Below, one piece after another: positions 1 to 10,603 of a stretch of 64,000 nucleotides of DNA (positions are counted from its first letter, which is position 1; each line of letters opens with the position of its first letter). The stretch spans positions 1,054,001-1,118,000 of the forward strand of contig JANHCV010000006.1 in NCBI GenBank assembly GCA_025594325.1, given 5' to 3'. The DNA is from Blastocladiella emersonii ATCC 22665 (taxonomy: Eukaryota; Fungi; Blastocladiomycota). Made by a program: the position numbers and the translations under genes. The notes under the pieces are model-generated. The model worked only from the letters and a program-made list of their open reading frames with translations. It was not told the DNA's origin and did not search any database.

Positions 1-1891
1 TCAGAAGCGTTCGAGGTCCGCCGTGGGCCGCCGTTCGGGCACATCCTCACCGCCTCATCTCGCCCGCCACCCGGATCACCGATATCTATACCGCTTAGTT
101 GCAGGGAGTCGCCAGTACTCACGCCGACGCGCGGCCGTGCGGGTGCGATCGCCGTCGCGGTCAGCCCGCCACCGGCGGGTGCCCGGGGACGTGTTAGCCG
201 CCGCCGTTGCGCCTGCTGCGACAGCCGCACTCACCATGGATCGCACGAATGTGGCCCATCTCGACGAGCTGCAGTGGAGTCGGGTTGCCAGCCAGCAGGG
301 AACCCCTGCTGGCCAGCGGCCCAACGCGCGGGAACGGGCGCGCGGCGTCGATCGTGGCGGCGCCACGCGGTCCCACGCGCACGCGGCCATGAGCAACGCG
401 TCGACGCGTTGCTGTGCTCGGAACCATCGACACGCACTCGCTCGCTCCTCAGCCACTAATCCGCTGTCCCGCCGCCATGTAGCCCGAATCGACTTGATGG
501 AATCACCACGGATCGACAGCGGTAGCGTGTTTCCCGATCCTCCCCTGCCTCGTCACCGTCCCCGACCTCGTACTCCGCTCTACCCACAATCTCGCCCAGC
601 CTCCTTCACTGCTCCCTCCACTCTGCACGTCCTCCCGAGTCCCTCCCAACCCCACTCGCGACCGCGCACCCACTGGATCCTGTACCTCCGCCTCGTCGCC
701 GCGACCCACGCTCACACCGTGCTCCGCGCGAGCTCTACTGCTCTTGTAACGCGTCCGATTCCATTCTACGGTTCTCCTCCCTCGAGTCTCCCCCGCGGCC
801 TCCCCGATGCTCCACCTATACATTCGCTCGCAACCGTGCGCTTCCTTCCGCCGCCTCGACCCCGTCGAACGTCACTCAAACGTCAGGAGCGCTTTCGATC
901 TGCTTGCTCAGCACTCGGAGCAACACCGCGTGAGCAACACGCTGATCCGCTCGTATGTTCCAATCGTGAGCGCGTCCGGGTTCGGAGCGGACTGATGCCC
1001 GCTCGACGACCCAGCAGGTCGGTCACCTCAGATCGCCACGGCCTACTGAAGGGGACTCAGCCGGGCTTTCGACCACTCCACTGACGACGCCGTTGCCAGC
1101 CGTGTCTGACAGTACACGTTGCAGCTTGTTCAACGCCGTCTAGGCCATCACGTCGTGATATATTCCGTGATCCGTCGCCGCGATCAGTTCGGTCCTTGGC
1201 GACGGGTCATGTGTCTTGTGCGAGACACGCGACGAACACTGACCCTTCGCGCTCCGTTCGCTTCAAACCATGGGCGTTTGCCAACCCGTCAGTCAGTTCG
1301 CCGCCTCCCACGCTAACCTGATGCCAGCCCATGCCCATGCAACGGTCTCGCACGCCGCGGGGCTGGGCCCTCATGTGCCCGCCCGCCCTCCCCCTCCCCC
1401 ACCATCGCTCACTCGACCCTTCTCTTTCGGATCAAACTCGTAACAGTATCATATCCGACGGACCTCCGCAACGACGACCGGCTTCACGATCGTCTTCCGC
1501 ACCCGTAAGCAGACCTCGGCATCCGCACCACCGCTCACCAGCTGTGCTCCCCGTATCGACGACTCGGCCTTCCCCGCACCCCCTCGAGAGCCACCCGCAC
1601 ACGCATCCTGTGCCGTCGCCCTCGTCCCTGCTGCTAGCTGCCGACCACTTCGATCCAGCACGGCTCGACCTGATCGGATCCGCGCCTGGACCCCATCGTC
1701 ACTGCCGACCCTGCCTCCCTCTGCTTCGCCACCACCACCAAGTTTGACCGGCCTTGTTCGCGGCCAGTCTACTACCTCCGTACGCTCTCCTGCCGTGTCG
1801 CCGTGACGCGCGGCCATGCTCACCGAGTTCCTCGCGTAGACTTTGACTCGACCCACGCGCACCGCCAACCATCGCGTCCCGCATCGCCACC

Positions 1892-4331
1892 ATGACCATC
1901 CACGAGATCCCCGTCGCTGACCGCGTCACCAGCAAGATCTCGCTGTTCGAGTCGCTTTCGGCTGCTGCCGGCTCCTCGGCCAGCCTCACCTCGTCGTCGT
2001 CGTGCCGTCGCTCGGCGCCCACCAACGCCAAGACCAACGTCATGGCCCTCGTCAAGGCGTACTCGACCATGTCGCTCCACTCGGCGACGGCTTCGGTCGC
2101 TCCTGCCCCGGCCGTCTCGGGCACCACCACCAAGGCCCTCCCCGCCTCGTTGTCGTCGGCCACGTCGCCGGCTACCATCAAGGCCGGCTCCATTTCGACC
2201 CTCGGCATCACGGCCGCCATCCCGACGACGACCAACTCGCCCGCCGCGAGCACCACCACCACCATCATCCCGGCGACTACCCCCGCGCCCGCCCTCGCCT
2301 CGCTCCCGCTCGCCGCCGCCGCCCAGATCCGCGAGAAGCCGTACCACCGTCCGTATGCCGACCAAGTCGACAACGGGCCGGACGTGCCTCTCTTCCTGGC
2401 GCACGCGGCGGCGGGCCAGACCGCCGCACCGGACGCGGCCCCGCATCACGACACGCTCGCGCACGCGGTGTCGCCGTCTACCTCATCCTCGTCTTTGATT
2501 TCGGCTGCATCGCGTTCGTCGTCGTCGGCTGGCTCGCGGCTCGGCTCCCACAACGTACGTTTCCCTCGAGCCGTTGCGCTCGTCCGACTCGAGCATGCAC
2601 TGACTCTCGCGCGCTGTGTGATCGTTCAGCTCTTCGGGAGCTACATCGTCCCTCGCTCGCCATCGTCGGACTCGCACCTGTCCTCGTCGTCGGCCGGCTC
2701 GCACGTCAGCTCCAGCGAGGTACCGCTTCGTCATGACCTCGGTCCGTGCGTGTCGTGGCCCTGACCCGCTCCCTCGCCGCGACGTGTAGCCGTTTGCGAC
2801 CGATGTCGCCATTCCTTCCTCGCTGGTGTCCGCATTGTGCCTCTCGCCGCCCGCCGACCCGTTCACCTCGGCCGCACCCACTCTCCCGGCACTCGCCTCG
2901 CACAGCAGTCACTTCAAGGTGTGATCCTGATGTGGTACCCTGAGCTCGTGTGCGTTCTGACCCTCGTGGCCGTGTAGCTCTCCGCTCTTCTCGACTCGGT
3001 TTCTAAGCGCTCCCAGGAGCAGCAGCAGCTTCACCTCATCAAGGTTGCCGAGATCCCCGTCAAGGCCGCCGAGATCCCGGCCACCACTACCACCACTGTA
3101 CGTTCATTCGGAGCTTCGAGCTGGTTTGACTGGTATCTGACGCGTGTGTCTCGTCGCTTAGACTCTCCTCGCGCCCATCAATGCCGCCACGCACCACGAT
3201 ACGGTGCGCCACCCGTTCACGCTCGTCGCCGAGGACTCGGCCCCCGCGAGCTCGGTAGTCGCCACGGCGCTGCCCGCGCATCCTGACCCAGTCTCGGCAC
3301 CGGTCCAGCACGCCGAGCTGCCCAAGGCGGAGCCCGAGTCGTCCAGCGTCGAGTCGACGCGCGACTTGACGGCGGCCCGCGACGCTGCCCGCGACTCGAC
3401 CCGGTCACCAACAGCTCCAGTGCGCCAGATCGCGCAGTCGGCCAATTCGGTCATGTGCAAGTCGGTCTCGTCCATCAAGGCCGCGGCCCGCCGCGTCGTC
3501 AAGTCGGCCTCGCGCAAGATCAAGCCGAGATCGGTCGGCGACGTGCTGTCCGGCATGTCCGCCAAGGGCGACAACCTCGCCAGCCCGGACGGCATCACGG
3601 GCGTTGGTGTGCGCGACGCGTCGGCCGTCGACTAGGCCAAGGCCAGCAACAAGCACGGCTCCGGCCGCGCCATCGCCAAGAACCTCGGCGCCGGCTACTT
3701 CCAGTTCCTGCTGCGCGTCGAGCGCGACGCGCCCAACTCGCCCGTCGACTACCTCGGCAAGTACCTCATGAAGCAGCGGCGGCCGGCCATGTCGCTCGAG
3801 GCCGCGTCGCGCGTCGGCGCGCTCACCCAGGACCACCACGAGCTGCGAATCGATCTCACGACCACGTTCGACACGTCGGTCGGCACGGCGACCAAGAGCG
3901 AGAACCGCTCGTGGTACCCGTGCTCGTTCCGCGAGGCCATGGCTGCCGAGTCGGCGGTGCTCGGCGAGCAGGTCCAGGCCGTGTACCCCGAGCTGTTCAA
4001 GACCGCGGCCCACGCCGCCGAGGTTACGGCGTACCTGCAGTACATGGCGCGGCTCGAGGACACGCTCAAGCAGCAGGCCGAGGCCCACGCCCACGGCGAC
4101 GGCAGCCACGACCCGGACGCGATCATGCGCGCGGTCGCCGACGCGGCGCTGCTGCACCTTACGCAGACCAAGCTGTACGCCAAGAAGGCGCCGTCGCGCT
4201 TCCGCGTCTTCTACCCGTCCCGCCCCGAGCACCACTGCAAGTCGTGGGCCACGATCAGCAAAGGCGAGCGAGATGCGCTCATGGGCATGTACTGCCTGAT
4301 CCAGCACGTCGGCCGCGCGTCTCAAGAGTGA
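1892..4331 (+). CDS. Multi-exon hypothetical protein: S/T/A-rich N-terminus, Dpy-30-like dimerisation motif and C-terminal helical domain; interrupted by an in-frame TAG at 3633-3635
   Basis: ORFs 1892-2764, 3204-3635 and 3768-4331 have strong GC3 codon bias and are linked by splice-like sites (GTACGT at ~2554, GTACCG at ~2720, GTACGT at ~3097). ORFs 3204 and 3768 are in the same frame, separated by one TAG. KNLGAGYFQFLLRVERDAPNSPVDYLGKYLMK (3678-3773) resembles Dpy-30/DYDC motifs. Exon boundaries are approximate. Confidence 0.5.
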
Positions 4332-4721
4332 GCGCCGCGGCGACGCAGCGACGCGTAGATTGTTTGATTCGTTCGATTTGTTACTATTAGTTGTTCATGT
4401 ATAGTTTGACTCTATCATCCTCACTTGCTTACCGTTCAGGTGTCCGAAACCCGACGGCCGCCGCGAACAGCGGCCCCACGCGGCGCGCGCGTCGTGTCCC
4501 CCGTTCCGCAGCCGAGTGAAGCGGACCGCAGCGGCGATGCAGCGGCCCGCTGCCGAATCCACTGGGCGACAGCGGCGCGGGCGGAAGCGGTGCACCGCGC
4601 GCCGGTGCGGTCCGTCGCGCGAGCAGCAGCGGGGGAGCGGCGTGCGGTCAAGGCCCGGGTGATCCGAAACGCGCTAATTTTGGCGACGCGTCGCTCACGT
4701 CGCTGTGCCGTTCGCCGCCGG

Positions 4722-4727
4722 TATAAA
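4722..4727 (+). promoter_or_regulatory. TATA box (TATAAA) upstream of the Q/S-repeat gene
   Basis: GTATAAAG in a ~68% GC context, ~110 nt upstream of ATG 4836, followed by a C/A-rich 5'UTR. Confidence 0.55.
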
Positions 4728-4835
4728 GACTCGCACGCCCCCGGCCTCCTCTTCTGTTTGCTCGACACCAGTAATCGCAACGAAGCACATCGCATCGCAC
4801 ACTTGCTCAACCACCACCAACCAACCACCATCAAG

Positions 4836-5816
4836 ATGACCCACTGCGCCCCGATCCACGTCCCCGCCGTCCAGACCCAGTCGCAGTCGCAGTCGCAGGC
4901 CCAGTGGGGCGGCAACGGCGCCCAGTCGCAGTCGCAGTCGCAGACCCAGTGGGGCACCGGCAACGGCGCGCAGCAGCAATCCCAGTCCCAGTCGCAGTCG
5001 CAGTGGGGCATCCACGGCGATGCCGCGCAGCAGCAGTCGCAGGCGCAGTTCCAGTGGTCGGGCAACGGCCACCATTCGGTCGACCAGGCCCAGTCGCAGT
5101 CGCAGTCGCAGTGGGGCAGCGGCCACGGCGCTCAGCAGCAGTCGCAGTCGCAGTCGCAGTGGAGCAACGGCCACGGCGACGCCGCGCAGCAGCAGTCCCA
5201 GTCGCAGTTCCAGGGCAACTGGGGCAACCACGGCGACGCCGCGCAGCAGCAGTCGCAGTCGCAGTTCCAGGGCAACTGGGGCAACCACCACTCGGTCGAC
5301 CAGGCCCAGTCGCAGTCGCAGTCGCAGTCGCAGTGGGGCACCGGCCACGGCGCTCAGTCCCAGTCGCAGTCCCAGTCGCAGTCGCAGTGGGGCCACGGTC
5401 ACGGTGACGCCCCGCAGCAGCAGTCTCAGTCGCAGACGCAGTGGGGCTCGGGCCACGGCGACGTCGCGCAGCAGCAGTCGCAGGCGCAGACCCAGTGGTC
5501 GGACAACGGCCACCACTCGGTTGATCAGTTCCAGTCGCAGTCGCAGGCCCAGTTTGGCGGCAACGGCGCGCAGCAGCAGTCGCAGTCGCAGGGCCAGTGG
5601 TCCAACGGCCACGGCGACGCCTTCCAGTCGCAGTCGCAGTCGCAGTTCCAGGGCCACCACTCGGCCGACGGCTTCGTCGGCGGCAACCCGGCCACCTGGG
5701 GTCCCTCGGGCGACTGCGGCAACGGCGGCGACTTCCACATTCTCCCGATCAACAACCACGGCGACTGCGGCAGCGACGTCGTGACCATCCTGCCCATCAA
5801 CCACGGCTGCTGCTAA
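4836..5816 (+). CDS. Gln/Ser/Gly/His/Trp tandem-repeat protein (326 aa), prion/amyloid-like
   Basis: ATG in TCAAGATG context after a pyrimidine/A-rich leader; ~14 imperfect (Q)QQSQSQSQW-G-x-G-H-G repeats; strongly biased codons (CAG TCG); C-terminus ...ILPINNHGDC...ILPINHGCC; AT-richer 3'UTR follows. Confidence 0.85.
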   Translation: MTHCAPIHVPAVQTQSQSQSQAQWGGNGAQSQSQSQTQWGTGNGAQQQSQSQSQSQWGIHGDAAQQQSQAQFQWSGNGHHSVDQAQSQSQSQWGSGHGAQQQSQSQSQWSNGHGDAAQQQSQSQFQGNWGNHGDAAQQQSQSQFQGNWGNHHSVDQAQSQSQSQSQWGTGHGAQSQSQSQSQSQWGHGHGDAPQQQSQSQTQWGSGHGDVAQQQSQAQTQWSDNGHHSVDQFQSQSQAQFGGNGAQQQSQSQGQWSNGHGDAFQSQSQSQFQGHHSADGFVGGNPATWGPSGDCGNGGDFHILPINNHGDCGSDVVTILPINHGCC

Positions 5817-6278
5817 GCGAGCGGACGCCTACACTAGATGTTTGTCGATATCCCCTAGTCTACTATTCTCATGTAAATGTTTTCTTGCTCAACCAACCTT
5901 TCTTCCTTCGCGGTCGTCGCGTGCTCATGTATTGGGATGTATTGCCTTTATTCATGTTTGCATGGAGTTATACAGGGATCAAGCGCTGGGAGCATCGTTC
6001 ACAGCGACGTCGACTCGACTGCAGTTTCCTGCCGCTCGCGATCGGAGACCAGCTCGCCGATTCATGAGACCCGGTGCGGCAGCACTTCATGGGGAGACAT
6101 GTGTGTTAGAGTCAGCCGCGGGGTTCGCGAGGCACGGTGTCTCGCGCGATGTGGCGCAACGCGTCTTGATGGAGATGACAGGCAGGTCGGCCGAGCGATT
6201 GGCGAGGCAGGCCGATTTCCCGCGCGACCGAGGTCGGTGTTCCCTTCCTCACAAACATCCCCATTGCCAATGAATTGA

Positions 6279-6872
6279 ATGGAATATGCTTCCGAGTCCT
6301 TGCATTGTGCTGCCGCACGCGCCCCGGACCCGCTCGGCTTTGGCGCGCTCCCGTCGACCCTGATCGCGCGGGTCCTCCAGCTCGCAGCACCGCATCACTG
6401 CGTGCTGACGGCGAGTCGCGATCTCTTCGATGGAATCCAGTCGCGACAGGTCAAGCTGGCCTGGATCAACACCCTGTGCGAACTGAAAGTGCCCGACTCA
6501 GTTCGCACGCTTTATGTCGATCATCTGAACCAGAACGTCCGCACCAACCTGTGCGGCTACCTCGAGCTCGAATTTATTGCCGACGGCAAGTTCGCCGAGC
6601 TTCCCGATCGTCCCGGCCTCGATGCACTCGTCACCACTCACCACACGACCAAGCACGGGCACGGCCGGTGCGTGCGCACGAGCGACGACATGATGGCGTG
6701 GACAATTGCCGCCAACACCAAGGTGGATCGCGCGTTCCTCGACGAGCTTCGTCGCGTGGCTGGATTGCCGCTCGCTGCGAGCGACCGCTTGGTGCTGACT
6801 GAGCTGGAGCAGAAGCAGAGCATTCTGAACCGCATGCTCAACCTGGGCATTGAGCGGACGGACGCGTCGTAG
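6279..6872 (+). CDS. Hypothetical protein (197 aa) with possible F-box-like N-terminal segment
   Basis: Single ORF with globular composition; FGALPSTLIARVLQLA resembles an F-box start (L..LP.E....I); AT-rich 3'UTR follows. Confidence 0.55.
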   Translation: MEYASESLHCAAARAPDPLGFGALPSTLIARVLQLAAPHHCVLTASRDLFDGIQSRQVKLAWINTLCELKVPDSVRTLYVDHLNQNVRTNLCGYLELEFIADGKFAELPDRPGLDALVTTHHTTKHGHGRCVRTSDDMMAWTIAANTKVDRAFLDELRRVAGLPLAASDRLVLTELEQKQSILNRMLNLGIERTDAS

Positions 6873-7739
6873 GCGTGGTGGTTAAGTCGAATACATGCTT
6901 TCTTCCTGTTTGCTTCACTTTCTTCGTCATGCTAGCCGGGTGGAAGGTTCAACTTACATGTGGCGCAACACGTCGGTTGTGGCGCCGCCACTCCGGCCAA
7001 TCCCCTTCGCCTAGTGTTGAAGGAACGGCTCGTACGTAAACCATGACAAGACAGAATCTAATGGGACTGGTTTCTCACCCTTGCTTATACATGACTCGCC
7101 GCATCACTTCAGCTTCCACCTGTCGCGATGGCCCACTTTGCCTCACGTCCAAGCTTCAACGTGAGCCACAGCGGCCGCCGATCCGCCCGGCCCTCAGCCG
7201 AGGAGTGCGACTCGGCGGACGTGTGTGGCGCGAGATGGATGAGGCCACGGTTTCAATTTGGATCGGAGCAAGACGAAACGAACGTGACACCGGACCGGTG
7301 CGCCGCAAACCGTGTTTGGCAAGGCCGGGAGATCCTTTCGAGATGCGCCGATGAAGGCCTGCCGGAACACATGAAGTTGAGGGTCTAGAAGCAGGTGCTC
7401 GAATCAGGGACATGACCCTCCCTTCGGTGCTGACCGTCAATCGGTGCAGTGGGCCGCAGCCGTCGCCCGCTGCGGAGGACCGCGCTTGCAGCGTTTTGGC
7501 GGAAGCTCTTGCGGCGGGAAATGGAAGTGCATGGAAGGAAACACGAAGCTCGAGGGAGTGGCGTGCGTTCATCGCCTGACCCGGGCACAGCAAGCGGGGC
7601 GTGTTCGCGCGCGCACAGCCCCCAGCCGATCGTACAAGATCGAGGGGCTCCCACGGTCCCGGCCTGCTGCTGCTCCCTCAGTCCGCTTCGCTTCGAGTCG
7701 CCTTGCTACTTGCAACTTCCTTCCTTCACCTCATCCAAC

Positions 7740-9231
7740 ATGCCGGCCCTCTGCGTCGGACTTAACTACTGCGGCACTGATGCTGCCCTCGTCGGTACGT
7801 CGCTGAATTCCGAGCTGAACTCGCCCGGATCTCGCTGACGCCTTGCTCCCGTCCACAGGCAGCGCCACGGACGCGCAGAACATGGCCACCGTCGCCCACG
7901 GCATGGGCATCGAGGAGGTCAGCACGCTCACCGACACGGACGGGCCCGTATCGCACGCCGACATCGTGTGCGCGCTCCGCCAGATGGTCGCCAACGCGCA
8001 GCCGGGCGACGACCTGCTCTTCTCGTTTGCCGGCGCCGGTGCCGCGGGCGAGGGCAACTTCATCCAGGCGTCGGACGGCCCCGTCACTGAGGCCGAGATC
8101 CGCGACATCCTCGCGGCGCTGCCCGAGGGCGCCAAGTTCACCATGGCCGTCGACAGCAGCGCGTCGGACGTGGCCGCCGACATTGACCTGTCGTGCATCA
8201 ACGGCGCCGGCAGCGTCGTGTGCATCGCGTCGGGTACCACGGGCGAGCCCGCGTCGGTCGAGTGCGGCAGCACCTTCACGTCGTCGCTCGTTTCGGTGCT
8301 TGGCGAGAACCCGGGTATCACCTGGTCCGAGGCGGCGGCGCTCGCCGACCCGTCGGGCAACGCGACGGTCGCGGCAACGCAGACCGAGCTCATCTACTCC
8401 CCCGCGTTCTCATCGGACTCGGTTGCCGCTGACGGCGTGCACGCCGCGGTCAACTCGGACGACCTCATCGACCAGACGGTCAACCTGCGACTCAACCCGG
8501 GCACGACGACGGTGACGCGCCTCGACCGCGACGGCGACGGCGTGGCCGAGACGGTGGTGACGCGCGACACGTCGCTGGGCGTGACGATCACGGACGTGTA
8601 CGGTCGCAGCGGCCACGTTGACAACCGCGGCGTCGAGTTCGACGACGGGACGCGCATCGCGCAGGCCGACTACAACGCCGACGGCGTCATGGATGTGTCG
8701 GCGACGTACCGCAATGGCAAGCTGGTCGAAAGCCGCGCCGACAACGACCTGGACGGCAAGATCGACTACCGCATGACGACAGACGCGAACGGAACCGTGG
8801 TCAACACGACGGACATGAACGAGGACGGGTTTGCCGAGCAGACGACCATCGTCACGAACCAGGACGGCGTCACCATCAACAAGTACGACTTTGACAGCGA
8901 CGGCAAGATCAACACGGCCGTGTACCGCGACGCCAGCGGCACCGCGTACGCGGAGCACGACCTGAACGGCGACGGCGTCGCGGACGCGACCACGACGTAC
9001 CGCAACGGCCAGCTCGTGGCCGGCGAGCTCGACACGAACGGCGACGGTGTGCTCGACACGGTGGTCGTGCACAACGCCGAGGACGGGCTCTACTACGTGT
9101 CCGAGGACACGGACCTAAACGGCGACTTTGAGACGGCGCGCGGGCCTGACACGAACGGCCTGGCCAACGTGCTCGACTCGATCGGCGACAACTCGCAGGT
9201 GGACGTTGGTCAGTGGGACATGGCCGCTTAA
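7740..9231 (+). CDS. Catalytically inactive metacaspase-like (C14) domain fused to Dx[DN]xDG Ca-binding repeats (475 aa)
   Basis: Exon 1 7740-7794, intron 7795-7858 (GTACGT...CAG), exon 2 7859-9231. Spliced N-terminus MPALCVGLNYCGTDAALVGSATDAQNM matches the metacaspase AL.IGINY...L.GC.ND..M pattern; AQPGDDLLFSFAGAG (His->Ala) and AVDSSAS (Cys->Ser); C-terminal DxDGDG-type repeats. Confidence 0.8.
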
Positions 9232-9430
9232 ATAACCCGTTGATACACCGTTTCACCCCTCCATCTCCATCTTGTACCTCGATAACCATGCAGCGTGGGC
9301 ACACGCCTGCTCCACGCGAGCAATACCTGAAGCTCAAGGATACATGAGCATCGCTAGGCAACAAATCAATTGCTTTATCCGACAGCAAGGATGATTGATG
9401 TTCATGAACAACAAGCTAGCACACGACCGA

Positions 9431-9835
9431 TCAGGAGTCTTGCACGCGGAAGCCAACGAGAAGAAGAAAGATTTCAAGGATACACACGGCGATGATAAGA
9501 GTCACGTAGAGCTCCTCGGAACGGACGCTTGAGGCAGCACATATGACAAGGAAGAGAGCGACCGCCAGAACAACCAGGGTGTTCCGATTGACGGGGGCCA
9601 TGGGGAGAGTGAAAATACCCCAAGCTCGCTGCCCGCTGACCTGGGGCAGTGTGGCACTGGCCTGCTCAGGAACGTTGACCGCCGCTGGAGTTGTGACGGC
9701 ATTTTGGATCCGCTGGGGTGCAGGCGGTCTCCCAGCGCTTGAGCTCGAGGACTGGGCCAAGGACGGAGTTCCACTGTCGGGAAGTTGCACGTACCGACCC
9801 TTGCTCGCCTGCGGAACGCCAGAGTTCCCAGGCAT
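9431..9835 (-). CDS. Small putative membrane protein with two C-terminal hydrophobic helices
   Basis: 134-aa ORF ending in two hydrophobic stretches; codon bias weaker than neighbours, no recognisable domain. Confidence 0.35.
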   Translation of the reverse strand: MPGNSGVPQASKGRYVQLPDSGTPSLAQSSSSSAGRPPAPQRIQNAVTTPAAVNVPEQASATLPQVSGQRAWGIFTLPMAPVNRNTLVVLAVALFLVICAASSVRSEELYVTLIIAVCILEIFLLLVGFRVQDS

Positions 9836-10603
9836 TGATATAGCTTTTCGAAGCGGGGACTGCAGACACTGTCAGCAGTGAATGAGCTGGATTTGAGCAG
9901 GTGATTAACCAAAGTTCGCCGTCGCAAAAGACACTGACCTTACGCTCTTTGAGTGGTCCGCCGCAGTTGGACGGGGTGAGGAGAACCTTCCCTGAGGCAG
10001 CCTTTCACATTTATGGCAGCGTTCTAGTGCATATACAGTCGATGACCCACGTGTACCCTCGTGAACAGGCGCATGCGATGGTACGAGTCGTGCTTTCGAG
10101 CCGCGTTGTGGCGTTGGTGTTGCTCATAACACGTGTGTGGCGCGACGCGTACTCACCGCGGAAGCTTGCGCTATCGACTCGACGAACCAACTTTGCAAAT
10201 TTAAGTGCAGCGAGAATGCTCGGCCTACATTGTCGCGTTCTTTGGCTCGATATGACGACTGCATGAGAGGCGACAACTGTTGAGACCGTTGATGAGCTGG
10301 ACGCGTCGCGAAATCACGTTTCAGTCTCGCGGCACGCGGGTCAGCCAGCCGAAACGCGAGCTGCTCTCGTGGGCCGCGCGCGTTCGGGGGAACTGAGGCT
10401 GGGGCCCGAACGGGGAGCACTTTCCGCATTTCGCAGGTGGCCGCGCTTTGACGCGCGAAGAGAACGGCAAGTTTCGCCACCGTTCGCGTTTGCCGTCGCC
10501 GTCTTCGGTCCATCATCCGACCGCCTGGCCGGGCGTATAAGATGGGCCCGCGCCCACGCACCTCCCTTCAGACCCAACGGAACGCAAACGACCGACACCC
10601 GTC

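Noticed and set aside
23-1868. Long ORFs at the window start (353 aa, 138 aa, 139 aa) and a possible minus-strand exon at ~236-330
   Set aside because: Arg/Pro/Ser-rich translations typical of GC-rich non-coding or UTR DNA; no domain or consistent exon chain could be built.
9232-10330. Locally lower-GC segment as a foreign island
   Set aside because: Comparable to other UTR/intergenic stretches in the window; no mobile-element features.
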